Assembly (NCBI GenBank): GCA_973895155.1
Contig: OZ316898.1
Span: forward strand, 18,859,292 to 18,923,291
Reading direction: 5' to 3'
Length of the DNA: 64,000 nt
DNA from: Marsupella aquatica
Taxonomy: Eukaryota; Plantae; Marchantiophyta
This document shows positions 48,750-62,356 of the stretch, in pieces (the stretch's first letter is position 1; each line of letters opens with the position of its first letter). The position numbers and the translations under genes were made by a program. The notes beneath the pieces are model-generated. The model ran no database searches, was not told the DNA's origin, and saw only the letters and a program-made list of their open reading frames with translations.

Positions 48750-49274
48750 TCAATCATATTCAAGCTCTTCTGGTGTGACGGCTCGCTTCAGCGGAATGAC
48801 AGACTTCTTATCCTTATCCCTCGGCATTGCTTTTCTCATATCCAGGCCGTCTTCTTCACCAGAGTAATAACGCAAAACTCTGCGATATATCACATATCCT
48901 AACTTCTCATACATGGTGATGGCAGGAGCATTGGAAGCCCTCACAAACAAATCCACAAAGAAGGCGTTGTAGGTCTTCTCTGTGACTTCTTCCAGGATGT
49001 TCATCAGCTTTTTCGCTAGCTGCTGTCTTCTGTACTCCGGGGCTATGGTCACTGCCGTCACATGTCCGTGCCAGGACTCTCCCTGGCCCTCCACTTTGCC
49101 CATGATGTAGCCCATGATGCTGTTGCTGGGACTTACAGCCACGTGAAAATAGTCTGGCCATCTAGCCAGATAGGTCAAATAGAAATGCATGTTGAAGGTC
49201 TCCGTGAGATGGTCCAGATTTACATTGGTAAATTTCAGCAAATCTTCACACCGAAATCCCCGAATTGTCGTCAT
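48750..49274 (-). CDS. NAA20: N-terminal acetyltransferase B catalytic subunit, no coding introns
   Basis: 174 aa from ATG at 49274: MTTIRGFRCEDLLKFTNVNLDHLTETF...WHGHVTAVT...FVDLFVRASN...EDGLDMRKA. Confidence 0.95.
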   Translation of the reverse strand: MTTIRGFRCEDLLKFTNVNLDHLTETFNMHFYLTYLARWPDYFHVAVSPSNSIMGYIMGKVEGQGESWHGHVTAVTIAPEYRRQQLAKKLMNILEEVTEKTYNAFFVDLFVRASNAPAITMYEKLGYVIYRRVLRYYSGEEDGLDMRKAMPRDKDKKSVIPLKRAVTPEELEYD

Positions 49275-52200
49275 CGTCTTCACTCCGACTCTCGAATGTT
49301 CAGCTCTCAAAGAAAACACACGAATTCGATGAAATTTGTACCTCAGTCACCAGCTTCTAACAGTCCTGCCCTCACGTCATCCGCCCACTGCGATAGAGCC
49401 TGGATAAATCGCATTCAAAATGTAACGGAGGCCCCCCCTGAGTCAAAAGAAACTTTGCTGTCGTTGCCGGGAAATAATGAAAGAGTGAGCAAGTTTGGGA
49501 CGCAGAGGGAATGAGCCCACCTGGAATTCCTGTTGTTTAGGCTTTGCTGAGCCCCTCACAATCTAAAACACAATCCCAAGATTCAAGCATGAGAACTTAA
49601 AAGACAATGAGCGCTGAGAAAGATGTCACACAAAAACTGGGAAGAGAGTTGCAATTCAGGACTTCTAGCCTCCCGGAGCAAAGAATTAATGGCAAGCAAC
49701 CCGGGCCCAGCGGAGTAAAACCTTAACTGAGCATCACAAACAGCTATGTCCCCACTGAGCTGAGCAATGCTAGTTCGACCGAGGGAAGAAAACCAACCCC
49801 TAAAGTACCTCGACCGAAAAAGTGGAGAGCAGTGGACGACGACAAGAAACGAATGACCAACAATCAACGTAAGAAATAGCGCAAAAGCAACATTCAGAAA
49901 AATGTCGTTTTCCTAACCTAGAATTGGAGAGATATACAGTAGTTCTCTAACATATGCCACCATTAACACAATGGAATTATGTGGGTTGCTTTATAATCCT
50001 CAGAAAAACCTAATGAAAATTTATGGGCGTGCTATAGTGCAGAATCATTCAAGCATGTGTTGTGAGCACTCCATGATATACAGGCCAGAATGAGCCAGCT
50101 CAAGTTATCCAACATTTCACAAAACTGAACCAAGTTGGGCCTAAGAACTAAAATACTCTGATACACAAAAATGTGAGCATTCATCTAAAAGTGGAGTGTT
50201 ATGTGGACGAATAATAAAGTTTCACTCTAGTGAACCCAATACTCGATATATAGCATGTTCATCCTGGAACATGCCTTTTTCTTTTGTCTTGTAGTGATAT
50301 GTAATTCATTTTATGATAGAAGAAATAGTTACATGTAAAGTATATACCAAGAAATTAATACCTGTTAATTAAGAGTGAGTCACATGACACAAAAATCCAT
50401 AAGTACACATGCAAAGAAAAGTACATTATGACCAAGAAAGTACCAAGGTATTAAAGAGTTGTGCACATACAATACAAATTTTCACTTGCTTCTAGGTAAT
50501 GACAATTAACTCAATTAAAACCATAACTTTTGTAAAGGAAACCACAAGGGGAACTTGGTACACCAAATGTGCACATTGTTCAAATTAATTTCTCTCACTC
50601 TCGTGAGAAAACAGAGAATATGAAAATTAAACATTTATGAGGGGAGCCAAATACATTCAAAATACTCTAACTTCACTAAAATTTAAAGGGGTCAAAGAGT
50701 TAATTCAAAATAAACTTAATACAAATGATTCATCTTGTCAGGGCACATTAAAATACAAATACTGGATAGAAAGTCTCAATAAGACAAAATCTGAAAGGTG
50801 GATTAGCCATTATAGCATGGTCATTTGGATAAGTCTTCCCTATTGTGTATTCGTTTCTTTTCCTTTCTTTGCAATGTAATATGTTGAAATATTTTGTAAC
50901 AAAACATTAGTGTAGGATTCCATCCGTGTTGCAAATATCTATTTGGGAATTGAATACTATGGGGGGTTGTTGATCTCAATGATGAAAGTAAGACAAAAGC
51001 AAATGTGTAGACTAGTCCTGGTTAAATGTCCAATGGGAGAAGCTGCCTGGTTCCTGCCGTATCACCCATTTTCTGAGTAGGATGCGGCCATTGAATATTG
51101 GTAAAAACCAATACTGAATATACGACAGTGGGGAGTAATTATGATCAAACATAACAGAATGAATTGTGTCAAATATGTGAATTCATCGAGTTGGGGCGAG
51201 AGATGTAGGGCATGGTCCGATCATGAGGCTCACATGTGGCACATGGGTGGGTTGAAATTGCTGGGGGCAACCTACACTTTTGAGAAAATTAGTGGTATGG
51301 GCAAACAATCACTAGTCTGATAGCCAATAGTAGCGAAGCCAGTTAGGTTTCATCAGATTGTCCTACAGGAAGTGCATAATTTTAATGCACGAAAACCTCC
51401 TTCAAGGTAACATTCCAGATACTTTTCTGCCAAGGTGGTGAATGTCAGCTTGTGTGACTCATCTAATAATCCGAGATTTAAGGGTAACTAGTAGGGGGTT
51501 GTGGCTAGGAGTAAAACTAGACAACAGCCTTGGGAATCTTCACCATAAGTGGCAAAGGTTTTTCAGAGAAGTGGTTCTAGCAAATTCTCACCACCATGGT
51601 TTCAGCTTGCACCAGGGTTTTGACTACACGCATACATATCACACCGCCAAAGCAAAAGGGGGGCAACAAAGGAAACCCCAGGGAGACCAAAAGCTCGAGA
51701 GCCTCACAAAGAACAGAGCAGTTGATAAGCGATTGGCTAATGCAATGAAGCACTAGTTGCTTGGAGAGCATCTCATTGTTTCATGAAGCTATAAAAGGCA
51801 CGCTTCCTTTGCATCGGACACATTTGGGAGGCACACTGTTGAGGTTTCCTTAGTTGTGAGAGTAATGCCTATTGCCTGTCTTGAATTGCGAAGAACACTT
51901 TTCAACCATAATACATAAATCAATTTACTCAATCCAGGCGTACCTTTTCTACTAAGTTCAATCAGGTTGTGTTCCTCCTATTCTACTAAGTTCAACCGAG
52001 GTTATGTTCCTCGATAACAATGAACTGAGTGGGCATTGCTCTAGATGCTCTGTTTAGGAAGAACGCTTTCCTAAACAATTACTGCTATGATGTACTACAA
52101 TGTGGCAACTACTGTAAGCATGCTGAGCCTGTAAACCTCTCCATGCATCTGTCCCCATGGGAGTGTCGAGAGTAAAAGGTTCGCATCGGACTCTCACTGT

Positions 52201-54884
52201 AAGACCCCTTCCCAATTAATTTCGGTAGGGGTCACGAGACTGTAAGTTCTGATCAAAGTCTCCCTGCGTGTCTCCCCATTGATTTCTGTGGGGGTCACAA
52301 GAATGTTACGGTTCCTAAAATCTCCAGGGCACGACTCCCTACTGACTTTACGGGGTCGCAAAATGTGAAGGTTCCTATAATTTCAATGCGTAACTCCATC
52401 TTAACGGGGCTCCCAACCTTCTACTACTACCACATGAGAATCCTCATTTTCTTTTATCTTGGATGAAACTATCGATACAGATGACTGTTGAAGGACATTA
52501 CCAACCAATTGCTTCCACATCTGGCGAACAGACCTGAATCCTCAGACTGTAACGGTGGAACTATAGTCTACACACGAGGTAACAAATATAGCTATACATG
52601 TAAGGGAGAACTCCAATACAAGATGTCCACCATACAAACAAAGAAGACAATGATCAGAGCAAACCATATACAACTTCATTTTTTTACCAAAATCTATGTT
52701 TCGAGGGGATAGTTGCTGTTCAAAAGATTTGGTGAACACCCCAAAACACTTGGAAGGCAAATGACCGCCTTAGTAGGTGGATTCCCACAAACACCTGTTT
52801 CGAAACAATGGACACTTTTCCATACAACCCAAGTTAAGCTCAGAAGCACTTCCCATCTCTGAATACTACACTATGTGCCCATTGCCTGGTCCCTGTTGGA
52901 ACTTTCATCATGACAGTAATGAACATTTGGAGAAAGCTCCTGATAGGCTTGACCTTACACACCAGCCGCATTCATAGAGGCTTGCCTTCTTTGAGAACTG
53001 CTCCTGCACAATACAAAGTAGAGCGAACATTTACTTCTCAAGTGAAATGACTTGCATATCCTTACGGAATAACAGAGCCAAACGCTCGGGTTCAGAGAAG
53101 ATCGAATGATCTTAGAACTTGAAGACCTTAAGAGGGAGTAGGGAAGAAGACAGCAACCGACTTCGCGAGACGAGTAATCTGGACCCTAAGTGAAACACAG
53201 ACTAGACAGCCTTCAATTGAGTCTGTGGGAGACCTACAGAAGAAAGTAATCATCACTCAAACTCACTCGGCATACAAATGACAACAAACCGGAGTTCAAA
53301 AGCTCAAACAGAAACAGATGTCGGGATAAGTAATCGTGCGGGAAATTATCCAGGCTAAGGACTCGGGATCAAGAAAGCTATGAAAAATCAACACAGCTTA
53401 GATGACAAAAACCATGTCCTCAGCTTATCAAGCATCCATCCAATGATAAATACATTCTTTTCTGCAGTCTTAAGAGATACGTCTTGGAAAACAAAAAGGA
53501 AACAAACAAGGAAGAGGGGAAGTATCCGAGTTTCAAAACCAACCTAATACAGGGAAACTTAAATTTTAAGATTAGCCAACTTGACCCATATGAGAAATTT
53601 ATCTCTTAAAAATCCTGCCCTTATCTACCTGAAAGGAAATTTCAACAGACAATACACATACCACGATAATACTGAGCTCCACCAGCACGAGCACCATCAC
53701 CATACCGGAATTTCTGGAAACTATGTGATGGAGATATCAGGAAGTTCAAATTCTCTGCAGGTCAAGATCATCAAGTATAACTTTGAGCTCCTGATATAAT
53801 ATCCAGTTTCTCAGCCTCGACGCACCTAAAGGGCTAACTCACACTCAAGAATGTAGTCGATATATTCGGCGGGTTTGCGGAAAGAGTGAATTGGTAGAGG
53901 GTTACACAGTCAAGTAGTACGGAAGGGAGTTACAGAGTTAATCATCCAATCATAGTCTACTGTCCTACGAAAATCAGCTTTGCTGGACGTGCCCACAGAA
54001 CGAACCTTTGCCGGCCATCGAATCAATACCCTTTTTACAGCTCGTTAGACAAGATTGTTCGCGGAAACTTAGTAATAGGGCACGCGTAACAACACTACCT
54101 AAGAGCAACATTTACAAGAAGCTCCTATTATACATACTTATAGTCCACTTCTGTTTGGAGAAAAAAGTACATGCTGAGAGATCAACCATATGCCTGACAA
54201 AATCATGACTCTACGCTCAAAAAAGGGCTGAGCGAATGACCATCGTAAAGCTCCAAGCTCCACTAGAGGAGGTACAGTAGCACCGATACTCACAGAGCCT
54301 CTCAGTCCCAAAATAAACATAGAAGATTCAAGCGCCACAGATGTTTCACGGAGGAAATCCTGACTCAGGTGACCTAACATCGAGGCGAGTAAATCTATCC
54401 CTTTTAAGTGCAACATTCACATTCACTTTCACATCGCAGCCAGGCTCAAATGGGCAGCTTCCTTTGGTCAGATATTTTAACAATTCGAGGGATATTTACA
54501 GCATGACATGGAGCAAGAAAATGGACGCAATTCATACAAAGGCACAAGGAACGGTTGCAATGTGGGTAAAAAAAGTAGGGACAGTTCCGATGTTCTATCG
54601 GATATGTCATTGCAAATGCCACAGAGACTGAGCCTGCCGACTTTCCCTGGGGAGAAAATTGGCATAATTCCTTATCATAGACACACTATTCAAGAATTTC
54701 AGCTACAGACAGTTTTCGGAGCAATTGCAACAAAAACAGGCCGAGAAAGAGACAATCTCCATTTAATTCTAGCACATACCAAACTCACATACAGGAGAGA
54801 GAGCTTTCGGCAATGGAAGCACTGACCAGTGTCAGATTACGTGACTGGTAACATTAATCGAGGTAGAAGGATGCAAAAACGTAC

Positions 54885-55287
54885 CATTCTGCAGAGGCTG
54901 CGCTTGTTGTTGCTGCAGAGGCTGCTGTTGCTGATAGTACGGCTGGCGCTGCTGGTATGGCAGGTGATGCTGTTGCTGTTGAGGAACAGCAACGGGAGAA
55001 GGTTGATCCTCTAAGTCATCCAATATGCCAGACTGAAACCCAAGCTCCAGCAGCTCATCGATGTCGTCAAAATCATGCTCCTCCTTCCTTGCAGCAACGG
55101 CAGCAGCCTGTTCGTTCTCCTCCGACACAAATCTCTCCTTCATCCACCACTCCCGGAACGACGTACTCGACTGGATCAGTTGCCACCACTCCGGAGAGAA
55201 GTCCTCAGCCGCTTGATACGCCGCAGGGACGAACGCGGGTGCATTTGGATTCAGAGATGATGCAATTGGCGGCGGCTTAGACGCCAT
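54885..55287 (-). CDS. ERD15/CID1-like PAM2-motif protein, first coding exon; 3' exon(s) unresolved
   Basis: [12 protein letters not shown] (PAM2) followed by [22 protein letters not shown]; Q-rich tract; GT donor at 54884. Confidence 0.8.
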
Positions 55288-56369
55288 CGACACTCCTACA
55301 TACCACATGCAGCAGAAGACACTGTTGCTCTCTTCTTCCTCCCAACCTCAATTGGCCTCCAGCCCATCCACCAACCACCACGCCCTACCTGTAAGCACCC
55401 CCAATTCCTCTCACCTCCAAGCTCCTTCGTCGGCCAACCTGTCTACACCCCACAATTTGCACGAGAAATCTCAACAAACTGCAAGCATTTCAATCGAAAG
55501 CACCTCCACTGGCAATGACATCAGCTTCGCTCTCAATCACCCCAGCCCCACGTACAGCACGAGTTTCCCTGATACCAAACATACTCTCTTCTCCTCTCCC
55601 CTCCTCTCCCCTCCTTTCCTCTCCTCTCTTCTCGTGGACTACACAACATAGGATAGCAAAGCTGGGGTTGGTCTAACGTCCTTCCATCCAAGTTGTGTCC
55701 ATCCTCTTCACGATTGCCATCTGGTTCCGTGACCCGGCAGCAGACTACAGTCCAGGTGACTAGCAGCCAGTAAAAAACCCCAAAACACCGAGAGACAGGG
55801 ACACAGAGACCGGGAAGAGAGAGAGGAGACACACAGAGAGAGAGAAGGAGACGGAGGCTACCCAAGCAGAGCAGTGCAAGTCAAGTCAAGGCAAGCCAAA
55901 AAAAGGCACGGCAACACACATCCCACAACCCCGAACCCACCTCCAGCTGATTTGTTGCTGCTGCTCCTGCTGCAAATAGTTGTCCTGTCGTCGATTGCGC
56001 ACAACCCACATCCCCCTCCTCCTCCTCCTCCTACCTCTCTCTTTCTCGATCCTCCTCCTCCTCCTCTTTTCCTCCACCCGGCAACAACGTGCTGTGCTAC
56101 ACCACCACTCCCCCCTTCTCGTCTCATTCCCGTCTCCTTCACTCTCGCTAGACTCTCTACTCGTGCACGAGACCGACACACCGACTCTTTCTCTCCTTTT
56201 CTCTCTTTTTCCTCTCTCTCTCTCTGTGTCTCTGTCTGTCGCCTCGAGCTTCTCCTGACCATCCCCGCCACACTACAAACGTACGCCCTGCGTCGCCTCC
56301 ACCAGGTACCGTAGAGCACGGTAATTTGTAATTAAGGGAGGGTGTTTCGCTCTGCTGTTTATAATAAGG

Positions 56370-57970
56370 TCCCCCAAAATTGGCATAGCCTTCTCAAGTT
56401 GCCTCCGAATATCTAAATTGATTAGTATGCTGCCCCCCAAAAATTGCATAACCTTCTCAAGTTGCCTTTAAAAGGAAATTGATTGTTAGTATCCTGGCCC
56501 CTTCTACTCGGCCCGCAAATTGCATAACCTTCTCAAGTTGCCTTTAAACATAAATTGATTGTTAGTATCCTGTCCCCTTCTACTCTGCCCCGCAAATTGC
56601 ATAATCTTCTCAAGTTGCCTCCACTAGTAATTCAATTAGTAAGCTGCCCACATCTAAGCTGCCCCATAAATTGCATGACCATCTCAAGTTGCCTCCAAAG
56701 AAGTTCAATTAGTAAGCTGCCCCACAAACTGCATAACCTTCTCAAGTTGCCTCCAAAAGAAGTTGGATGAGTAAGCTGCCCCACCAATTGCATAACCTTC
56801 TCAAGTTGCCTCCAAAAGAAGTTTCAATATTAAGCTGCCCCTCGTTTAAATCACCATTAGCCATGACAAAAACCTGGTTACACAAGATTTCACCATAAAT
56901 AGTATCATTTCCTGAATTTGTGGAACAATATGGAACAGAGAGGAGAAGAATGAGAGGAAAGTGAAAAAGGGAGAATTCTTGGACACTTCCCCCTTTTATA
57001 TGGCTAGTGGCGGTTTAAGCTGCCCCGCAAATTGCATAACCTTCTTCGGTTGCCTTTCGAAGTAAAATAATTAGTAAGTGAGTTGTGCCTGTCTGAGCTG
57101 CCCCACAAATTGCATAACCTTCTTCAGTTGCCTCCAAAAGAAATTCAATTAGTAAGCTGCCCCAAAAAATTTCATTACCTTCTCAAGGGAAAGCAAAGCC
57201 TGGGTGGACCTTCACTTTGGATACAGTGCTCCCATGGACCACATTTTTGGTGGCGTTTTGGGCTTATAACTTGATGATTATAACTTTTTGTTTTTCACCT
57301 GCAAGGCAACTAAAGAAGGAGTAGACCTAGAAAAGACACAAGCACATATATTTCATATCAACATAATACAAATTGATCTAATTAAATTTACCCCTCTGCA
57401 TTCCATGATGAATGACTCAACAAAAACTGCCAAAATTTCTCTGCCACTTTGATGGAAGTTTAGCCTACCTACTCCTCTAGCACATCCTCAAAACTAAAAA
57501 ATACTTGAATTTATGAACACCAAGTTATTACAATTAAACTCAAGTTTTGGGACATATGGTCCATTGGGGTTTCAAAGACCAATGTTGTGGTCCATGGGAG
57601 CATCATTTTCTTCTCAAGGTGCCTCTAAAAGAAATTCAATTATACATCTACCCCAGTAATAAACTGCCCCACAAATTGCATAACCTTAGTCAGTTGCCTC
57701 CAAAAGTAAGTTAGTTAGTAAGCTGCCCCCATCTAAGCTGCCCCCAAATTTCCACATTCAACTTTCTCAAGTTGCCTCCCAAAGTTATCTAATTAGTAAG
57801 CTGGCCCGATCTAAGTTACCCCCCAAAATTGCATGACATTGTTGAGCTTCCCCTGTCTAAGTTACACCCAATTTTGCATAACCTTCTTAAGCTGCCTCAA
57901 AAACTAATCAGTAAGTTGCCCCAATCCAAGTAATTTGCATAACCTTCTTAAGTTGCCTCCAAAACTAATT
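56370..57970. repeat. Degenerate ~59-75-bp satellite/minisatellite (~15 units in three blocks)
   Basis: Recurrent core aagctgccccacaaattgcataaccttctcaagttgcctcc. Confidence 0.9.
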
Positions 57971-59544
57971 AACCAGGCTGCAACCAAAGCTATGTGGTCA
58001 CAACAGGTTAAATCAGTATCTAGACTTCATATGATTTTTACAATTATACCTTCCTACAACACTTTCTGGGGCAAGGTAGGTTTTAAGGTTTAGAGAGGAA
58101 CCTTATGTCACCTCATGTGAAGACAGATGTGCTAAGGTCCTGCTCTAATTTTGTAGATTGATTTCTGGCGGTTAGATCCAAAGAGTATTCGTTATATAAT
58201 CATCCTAAATTGATTTTTGACCGTTAGATCTAAAGAGTGGTCCTTATCTAAGTTTCAAAGATTAATTTCTGACTGTTAGATCTCCCCAGATTTAAGGATG
58301 ACCATCAGGTTCTGGCCAATGGAGTAGGTGACTAGGTGGGAAGCTGGCTACTGGCCGGAAGACCAAAAACCTAGGAAAAACTTGCATAAGTGGCAAAATC
58401 TAAGTGGATTCTAGCAAAATTTATCTCATAAAGAAGTCTAGTGAGGCAATTGCTTCTTTTATTGATTTCCTGCCTAAGGGTGGCTTTACAAACACTTGGG
58501 GCATTGCTTCATTTTCTTCCCCCTGAGATTAAATCTGGACCTTATAATGAGAGAAAATGGATCTTGATTGGCTTTACAAGAATTGGGGGCCACTAAGATA
58601 TGGTCCCTAATTACCCTACATGGCAAGCAATTGGCCCAAGAAAATCTTAATCAAAGACCAAAAAGTTGCCAAATTTTTGCCAGAAGTTTTCCAGACAGGA
58701 CAGCGGGAAAACTTGACTTGAGGCGGACTGCCGTGGCAAACAGTGTCTTCTGGTAAAATAGGATACTAACACATGTTTTGGTTTGGCTAGGTATGAGAAA
58801 AGATACCAGAAAAATAGACTGAGAAACCTTTTTGTTTGGGAAAATTTAATGTGGTCACCCTTCAAAGTTTGAAAGCATTTTTTTGAAATTGGAATTGCAA
58901 ACCAAATTACGACTCCTTTAAACCACAGGGTCACCAGCCCATACACCACGGCAAGGTGGGGCATCGCAGCAGGGCAGGGCAACAAAGGGAAGGGCAAGGT
59001 CAGGCCTGGGCTGAACCCAGGGCCTTTATAGTTGAGATCTAATCAGTGTAGCAGCTTCCTCAATGAAAGGAAGACACAGCAGATTGTGTGAATTTGATGA
59101 CGATATATGCTCCTTCACTGGGGCAGGGTATAATAGTAGCGGACATTTTGTACTGATGAATGAAGTGTGTGCAAGAGGGCATCAAGGAATCTACTCCATA
59201 CACAGGGGATATCCGGGAAGGGTAGAGGGGCAACAAGGAGACAAAATATTATTGTTAGGAAACAGGGGCAACGGCATCCTATGTAATGGAACGACCCCCC
59301 TCCTCTTTTCAATGCCTCAACAATAATATTTTGTCTCCTTGCAAATGTCAATGTGGCAAGGAACTGTGCCGCTGTTTCTTTCCATTTGACAAGTGGCGTG
59401 ATGGACGGATGATTTTTTTTTCTGTTTTGGGCTGGGCTCAAAAGAGACGATATTATATTGTTTTATCTATCTATTATAAGGGGATCAGCTGGGACATAAA
59501 AAAACGGGACAGAAACATGTTACCATAATAAACTCACCTCTTAG

Positions 59545-59840
59545 TTAAACCACAGGTGCACATACAAAAGCTATGGGTTACCCGTAGCTGTCATTGTGCA
59601 CAACAAAAATTTTCAAAATTTTCTTTCACTCTAAGAGGAGAGCACGACACAAACTTCTCACAATCACTGGAATCTCATTTGTCCATGATATAAGCCAATC
59701 TTGGGCTCAAAACGTAGATCTCGGCCAGATCTATGTTTCTCAAAAAAGAAAAACTAAAAATAGTGACCTTGTTAGGAGTTATTGATAAAATGAATCTCTG
59801 TTATCTTAGTGGTTGGGGAGAGCTGGCACCTGTGGTTTAA
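59545..59840. mobile_element. MITE-like element (~290 bp) bounded by TTAA
   Basis: ttaa-accacaggtgc at 59545 and gcacctgtggt-ttaa ending at 59840. Confidence 0.6.
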
Positions 59841-62010
59841 GTAACTCAGCATCCAATGGGTTAAAGTAATTCTATGATGGGCAAACAAATCAGGCTCGAA
59901 ATAACAACGAATAAACAACTCCTTTTAGATATGAGCCTATTTTGACTCATGTTAGGGGGCTTTACAAGAACTAGCAGAGGGACCAGTCTTACATTTTAAC
60001 ACTTAGATGCAATCCCAACCATTAATTTAAGAGTAATTGGCCTTCTTGAGTTTAGAAGACTTATGGGCAGCCTTTTCAAACATTGTTTTGCCCAGATGCA
60101 CGTGGCAGTTAGTGGGTCCCAATGAGTAAAGGTTTAATGGTGACCTGTACAGTGTTATTGGAGTTATATGCTTGATGACACCCCTGGCAAAACTTTCTTA
60201 TGTGATGACCCCCAATGAAAGTTTTGTTACCTACTAGAACTAGTTCATGTGAAAGTTTTGTTACCTACTAGGACCCCTCTTAATGAGTAGTAGAAGAATT
60301 TATTTTAAATGGAGGAACTACACAGTTTTCGGCCTCTTTACCACATCCTTGTGCAGTTTTGTTCTATAATGTGCCAAGTCGCTCTATTTGCAGTCATGGT
60401 CACCCTTTGCAGTTTCCAACAGTTTACTAAAGCAGTCTTTTGCTGTCGTTTGGTGAAGACATCCTGGTTTATGTCTTCAAATCAATTAGGGTTCAGTAGT
60501 GGCACTTCTGTCTCATCGGTTTTGGGGGCAAGTATTGTTTTGTAGTGGATTTTGGTACACATTTTTACGATAAGGGCAGAGATGATGGCAATGGTGAGTT
60601 CTGTGGGCTTAGGATTTTGATTATTGCTTAGTGATGACATTTGTGACTTTCAAGAGTCTCTTGCAATCTGTTTTGTGAATGGGATTTGTCTATCATGAAG
60701 TGCTACACAATGTTGGGAAAACACCAAGTTTGATATTTGGGTTTTTTAAAAATGTTAACATTGTTTGTGTGTGGAGTACTTTCTTCCCCCTCTTGCTATT
60801 CATAATCTCCAGCAATGATTGCATCTAACTAACTTGTATCACATCCCTCGTCCTGTTACATACAAAGTCCCTTCTACTACCCATGCACGGATAGTCGTAC
60901 CATGAAAAACTTTAGAAACATCATTGAAGGACTGTGGGTAGCTTGTGTGAAAGTAAACTTAATGAAAACTGCAGTAGGATAAATATTCAAACCGGAAGAC
61001 ATCAACCATATTGTCTTCACTCAGGTTACATCGCAGTTTGGGCAACCGTGACCACTATTCAATAGTTATTCCTATGGTATATTGACCGTCCAAGGTTGGG
61101 TCTCATTTATGACAATGTTGTTCATGGTTCAGGCACAGTTCACCATAAATTTCACAATAGTTGTTGCTGGCCATAGTATCAAGCAAGTTCTAGTTGGTAC
61201 CAATACTTTCAAAGGGTCCTATCAGGTAAAAATGTTCTACCAGGGGTCCCATCAAGCATCTACTTCCTGTTATTGTCACCAAAGTTTAGACCTCAAATTT
61301 TTTGTCACCTTGACCTCTTGGAGTGCATTGAGCCCATTCCCCATGCAGGCCCCTCCATTAGTCATAGGCCTGCAAGTTCAAAATAACTGTGCACCCCTTT
61401 TGGCTGGGAATTGTGGCACTGTCGGTTAGCTTGTTCTTGTGAAGGCCCCCTCTAGAAGTGGATGCATATCTTTTGTTGCATGCTCAGCTAATTCTAGTAG
61501 AGGACCTATCCTCAACTATTTTTGTGCAGCTGGCCTATGCTCCACTAGTAACAAGCCCGTGATCAGTTAGTTTTCAGCGGCCTACCCATATATGCTTGGC
61601 AACTGATCTAGATAATTCTAGTAGAGGGCCCGTGCTCAACTAATTTAGAGTCAGGCCAATGCTTGATTAATTTTTGCAACAGAAAGATGCTCTGCATATG
61701 TGAGATCATAACCTCATGATACAGGCACTAGGTAGTCCCCGTTGAACTAAAGGGTCTAGAGAAACAATAGTGTTGTTTCATGTGACAAGGAAAATTTCCC
61801 AGTGACAGGCACTGCATTTGCTGGCAATTGAGTAATTGAACAAACTGTGGGTCAGAAAATACCAGATGGTTTTCAAGTCGCCTAACCAGATTAGAGAAAT
61901 TTTCTCTATGAGAACCTAAGGTAACAAGGGAAATGACCAGGGGAAGCAAAAGGTTCAAATGACAATAATATATATACATTTTGTATGATACATAACAACA
62001 GAGGGTCTAC

Positions 62011-62356
62011 TTTTCAGCCGCCCTTGCCAGGACTAACACAAAACTAGTATGAAAATAAGGGTGGCCTTACACAATGATAAGGGCCATTGCTTCTTTATTC
62101 CCTCTAACTTCAAATCTGAACCCCATAGTAAGCAGATTGGCTCTGCAAGAACTTGAGGCCATTAAGGTATGGTGTCCACCTTTCAGCCGCCCTTGCCAGG
62201 ACTAACACAAAACTAGTATGAAAATAAGGGCGGCCTTACACAATGATAAGGGCCATTGCTTCTTTATTCCCTCTAACTTCAAATCTGAACTCCATAGTAA
62301 GCAGATTGGCTGCCATTGGCTCTACAAGAACTTGAGGCCATGAAGGTATGGTGTCT
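62011..62356. repeat. ~170-bp tandem duplication
   Basis: tttcagccgcccttgccaggactaacac...aaggtatggtgtc occurs twice. Confidence 0.9.

Noticed and set aside
55858-56319. ORFs of 90-150 aa upstream of the ERD15-like gene
   Set aside because: They derive from CT/CCT microsatellite-rich leader sequence and are low complexity.
56370-57970. CRISPR-like appearance (conserved core with variable spacers)
   Set aside because: Spacers are homologous to each other and of irregular length, there are no cas genes, and the context is eukaryotic; this is a decayed satellite.
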